IMG/VR virus record: IMGVR_UViG_3300042451_001197 | Coordinates: 42,820-106,819 of that record | DNA from: a virus | Strand: one strand, 5' to 3' | Length of the DNA stretch: 64,000 bases | Shown: positions 62,370-64,000 of the stretch, piece after piece | Layout of the letters: each line of letters starts with the position of its first letter | Position numbering within the stretch: position 1 is the stretch's first letter | The notes under the pieces: model-generated | What the model was told of the DNA's origin: nothing | What the model saw: only the letters and a program-made list of their open reading frames with translations | The model's database searches: none | Made by a program: the position numbers and the translations under genes

Positions 62370-63416
62370 TTAAATTAATTTACCTATTGCAGATGGTCCA
62401 CCGATTAAATTAATTAAATCACCAATAACGTCTACGTTAGATTTATTTGTTGTTTGTTGAGTTTGGGTTGGTGTTTCGGGGGTAGTCTCTTGTTTAAATA
62501 AATTACTCAAATCAGTATTTCTAAAGTCTTGTAATGCCAATGCCTGACCTTCAGGTGTTTTATTGTATTCAGCGATTTTAGCATCTAAATCAGGAACTTT
62601 TTGAGCCAATTCTTCAGGAGAACCTGTAAAATTAGTCAAACCTATTTTATCTAAAAGTCTTAAATACCATTTACTGCGTCTAAGTAAAGATCTTGTTGCC
62701 GGATTACCTCCAAATAATCTTGGTGCTCCAGCCGCAAATTTTTCTAAAAATGTTCTATCCGCTGAGGTCATATATTTAAGATAAGACCATTTACCGGTTC
62801 CGTGACCTCTAAACATTTTAGGTCTAACACCTGATTTATATTCTTTAGTTGCCTTTACTATCATATCAACCCATTCTTCAATAGTTTTAACAAACCCTTT
62901 ACCTCCAGGAACTCTTTTAATTAATTCAACTAATTTAGGCCCTAAAGTACCGATTTCTTTGAACAATTTAACCAAAATAGGATATTTTGAAGCCGCCATA
63001 GCCCATTCAGTTGGAGTTTTTAATCCTTTTAAAAATTTAGCCCCCTTTCCTCCGGCCTTTAAAGCACCAATTATTGGTTTACCTACTAGGTCACCAACAT
63101 ATGGGACTGCAGATATTAAAGACATCAATCCAAATAATTTATCTCCTTGTCTAAAATAATCAAGAGCGTTAATAATATCAACAACTCCTGTCGGGTCAAA
63201 AACCCCAACAATATCTCCAAGAGTATTCCACCATCTCGCTTCATTTATTTTTTTTGAATTTTTTGGTGAAAATTCTTTAATAAATTCAACCACAAATTTT
63301 TTATCACTTGAAGATAATTTATCCCATTTTTCTTCAAGTATTTTGAATTGCTCTTCCTTATAGATTTCAACTAATCTAAATTTTAGTTGTGTCTCAGTTA
63401 ATATTGTTTGTTTCAT
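62370..63416 (-). CDS. probable virion-associated protein with pre-toxin TG-like segment, MKQTILTETQ leader
   Basis: DIVGVFDPTGVVDIINA..GD..SLISAVPYVGD. Confidence 0.55.
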   Translation of the reverse strand: MKQTILTETQLKFRLVEIYKEEQFKILEEKWDKLSSSDKKFVVEFIKEFSPKNSKKINEARWWNTLGDIVGVFDPTGVVDIINALDYFRQGDKLFGLMSLISAVPYVGDLVGKPIIGALKAGGKGAKFLKGLKTPTEWAMAASKYPILVKLFKEIGTLGPKLVELIKRVPGGKGFVKTIEEWVDMIVKATKEYKSGVRPKMFRGHGTGKWSYLKYMTSADRTFLEKFAAGAPRLFGGNPATRSLLRRSKWYLRLLDKIGLTNFTGSPEELAQKVPDLDAKIAEYNKTPEGQALALQDFRNTDLSNLFKQETTPETPTQTQQTTNKSNVDVIGDLINLIGGPSAIGKLI

Positions 63417-63432
63417 ACTATAATAAATATAC

Positions 63433-63813
63433 TTATCTATCTCTTCTTATAGGTTTATTTGTACTTATTTCAGTAAATTTACTTATATTGTTTAGTTGTT
63501 CTATTTTATCAACCCTTTTTTCTAATAATTCTACTCTAAATTTAGTTTCTGACGGAGGATTTTTCATAAAATTTTCTGTCGCCAAATTAACTCCTGATAT
63601 CTGACCTTCTAACTTTGCGACTTGTATTTCTAAAGTTCCGTTTTTAGACTCAAGAACTTCTATTCTCGCCTTTTGTTTATTCTTATCTTGAACCCAAAAA
63701 ACAATTGTTATTACCCATCCTATAACAACTACTAATGTTGAAATAACCCATTTAATATCCTTTACCGAAAAAGAAAATTTTTTATCCATTATGTTGTTTT
63801 CCAAATCACTCAT
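63433..63813 (-). CDS. single-TM plus coiled-coil protein
   Basis: WVISTLVVVIGWVITIVFW followed by heptads. Confidence 0.65.
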   Translation of the reverse strand: MSDLENNIMDKKFSFSVKDIKWVISTLVVVIGWVITIVFWVQDKNKQKARIEVLESKNGTLEIQVAKLEGQISGVNLATENFMKNPPSETKFRVELLEKRVDKIEQLNNISKFTEISTNKPIRRDR

Positions 63814-64000
63814 AAAGCCGACATATTATTCCACTTAATAACTAACATAGGATTAAATGAACGAGATTTTATTGTTAAGTTTTTGGCGCAAAATTGTCCA
63901 AAAAAAGTTATACCTAATGGAGTGTAATCATAATTAATTAATTTTAAACCATATCCCTCATTAATGAATATTGATATGTTTCTAACATTAGTTGATGTGT

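Noticed and set aside
487-63604. Short antisense ORFs in the track (for example 487, 3751, 17749, 30739, 40557, 48454, 57516, 60176, 62959)
   Set aside because: They are shadows of longer opposite-strand genes, with no promoter motif and a composition typical of antisense frames.

Overview
AT-rich (roughly 25-28% GC by eye), gene-dense accessory region of a very large (jumbo/huge) tailed phage. Its host is most likely Bacteroidota, because many genes carry the TAnnTTTG -7 promoter element. No capsid, terminase or polymerase genes are recognisable. The window holds over 100 small genes, many in tandem paralog families, plus a DNA methyltransferase, phosphoesterases, NUDIX, UvrC, a DHH phosphoesterase, three free-standing endonucleases, three canonical tRNAs and several tRNA-like RNAs. 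Main observations: (1) A paralog array at 10.4-15.9 kb has 3' ends built as CRISPR-like units: a ~35-nt repeat resembling type VI-A (Cas13a) repeats, a unique 30-nt spacer, then a partial second repeat. One gene contains a 7-repeat, 66-nt-period array read in frame. (2) The DHH gene is interrupted in its first catalytic motif by CTT-TAG-CTT, directly after a GC-rich stem. This is a candidate 6-nt ribosomal stop-hop next to an HNH gene, reminiscent of T4 gene 60/mobA. (3) Each of the three endonucleases has a short copy of a conserved motif of its neighbouring gene beside its promoter, and the neighbouring tRNA-Arg has a G19-C56 to C19-G56 swap. (4) A phage-borne integron has an attI candidate, four attC sites and inverted ORFs that start inside attC. 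(5) Dozens of unrelated proteins share short Glu-ending N-terminal leaders and a TATTTAT promoter motif, suggesting capsid-targeting signals. All product calls come from motif recognition by eye; no searches were run.
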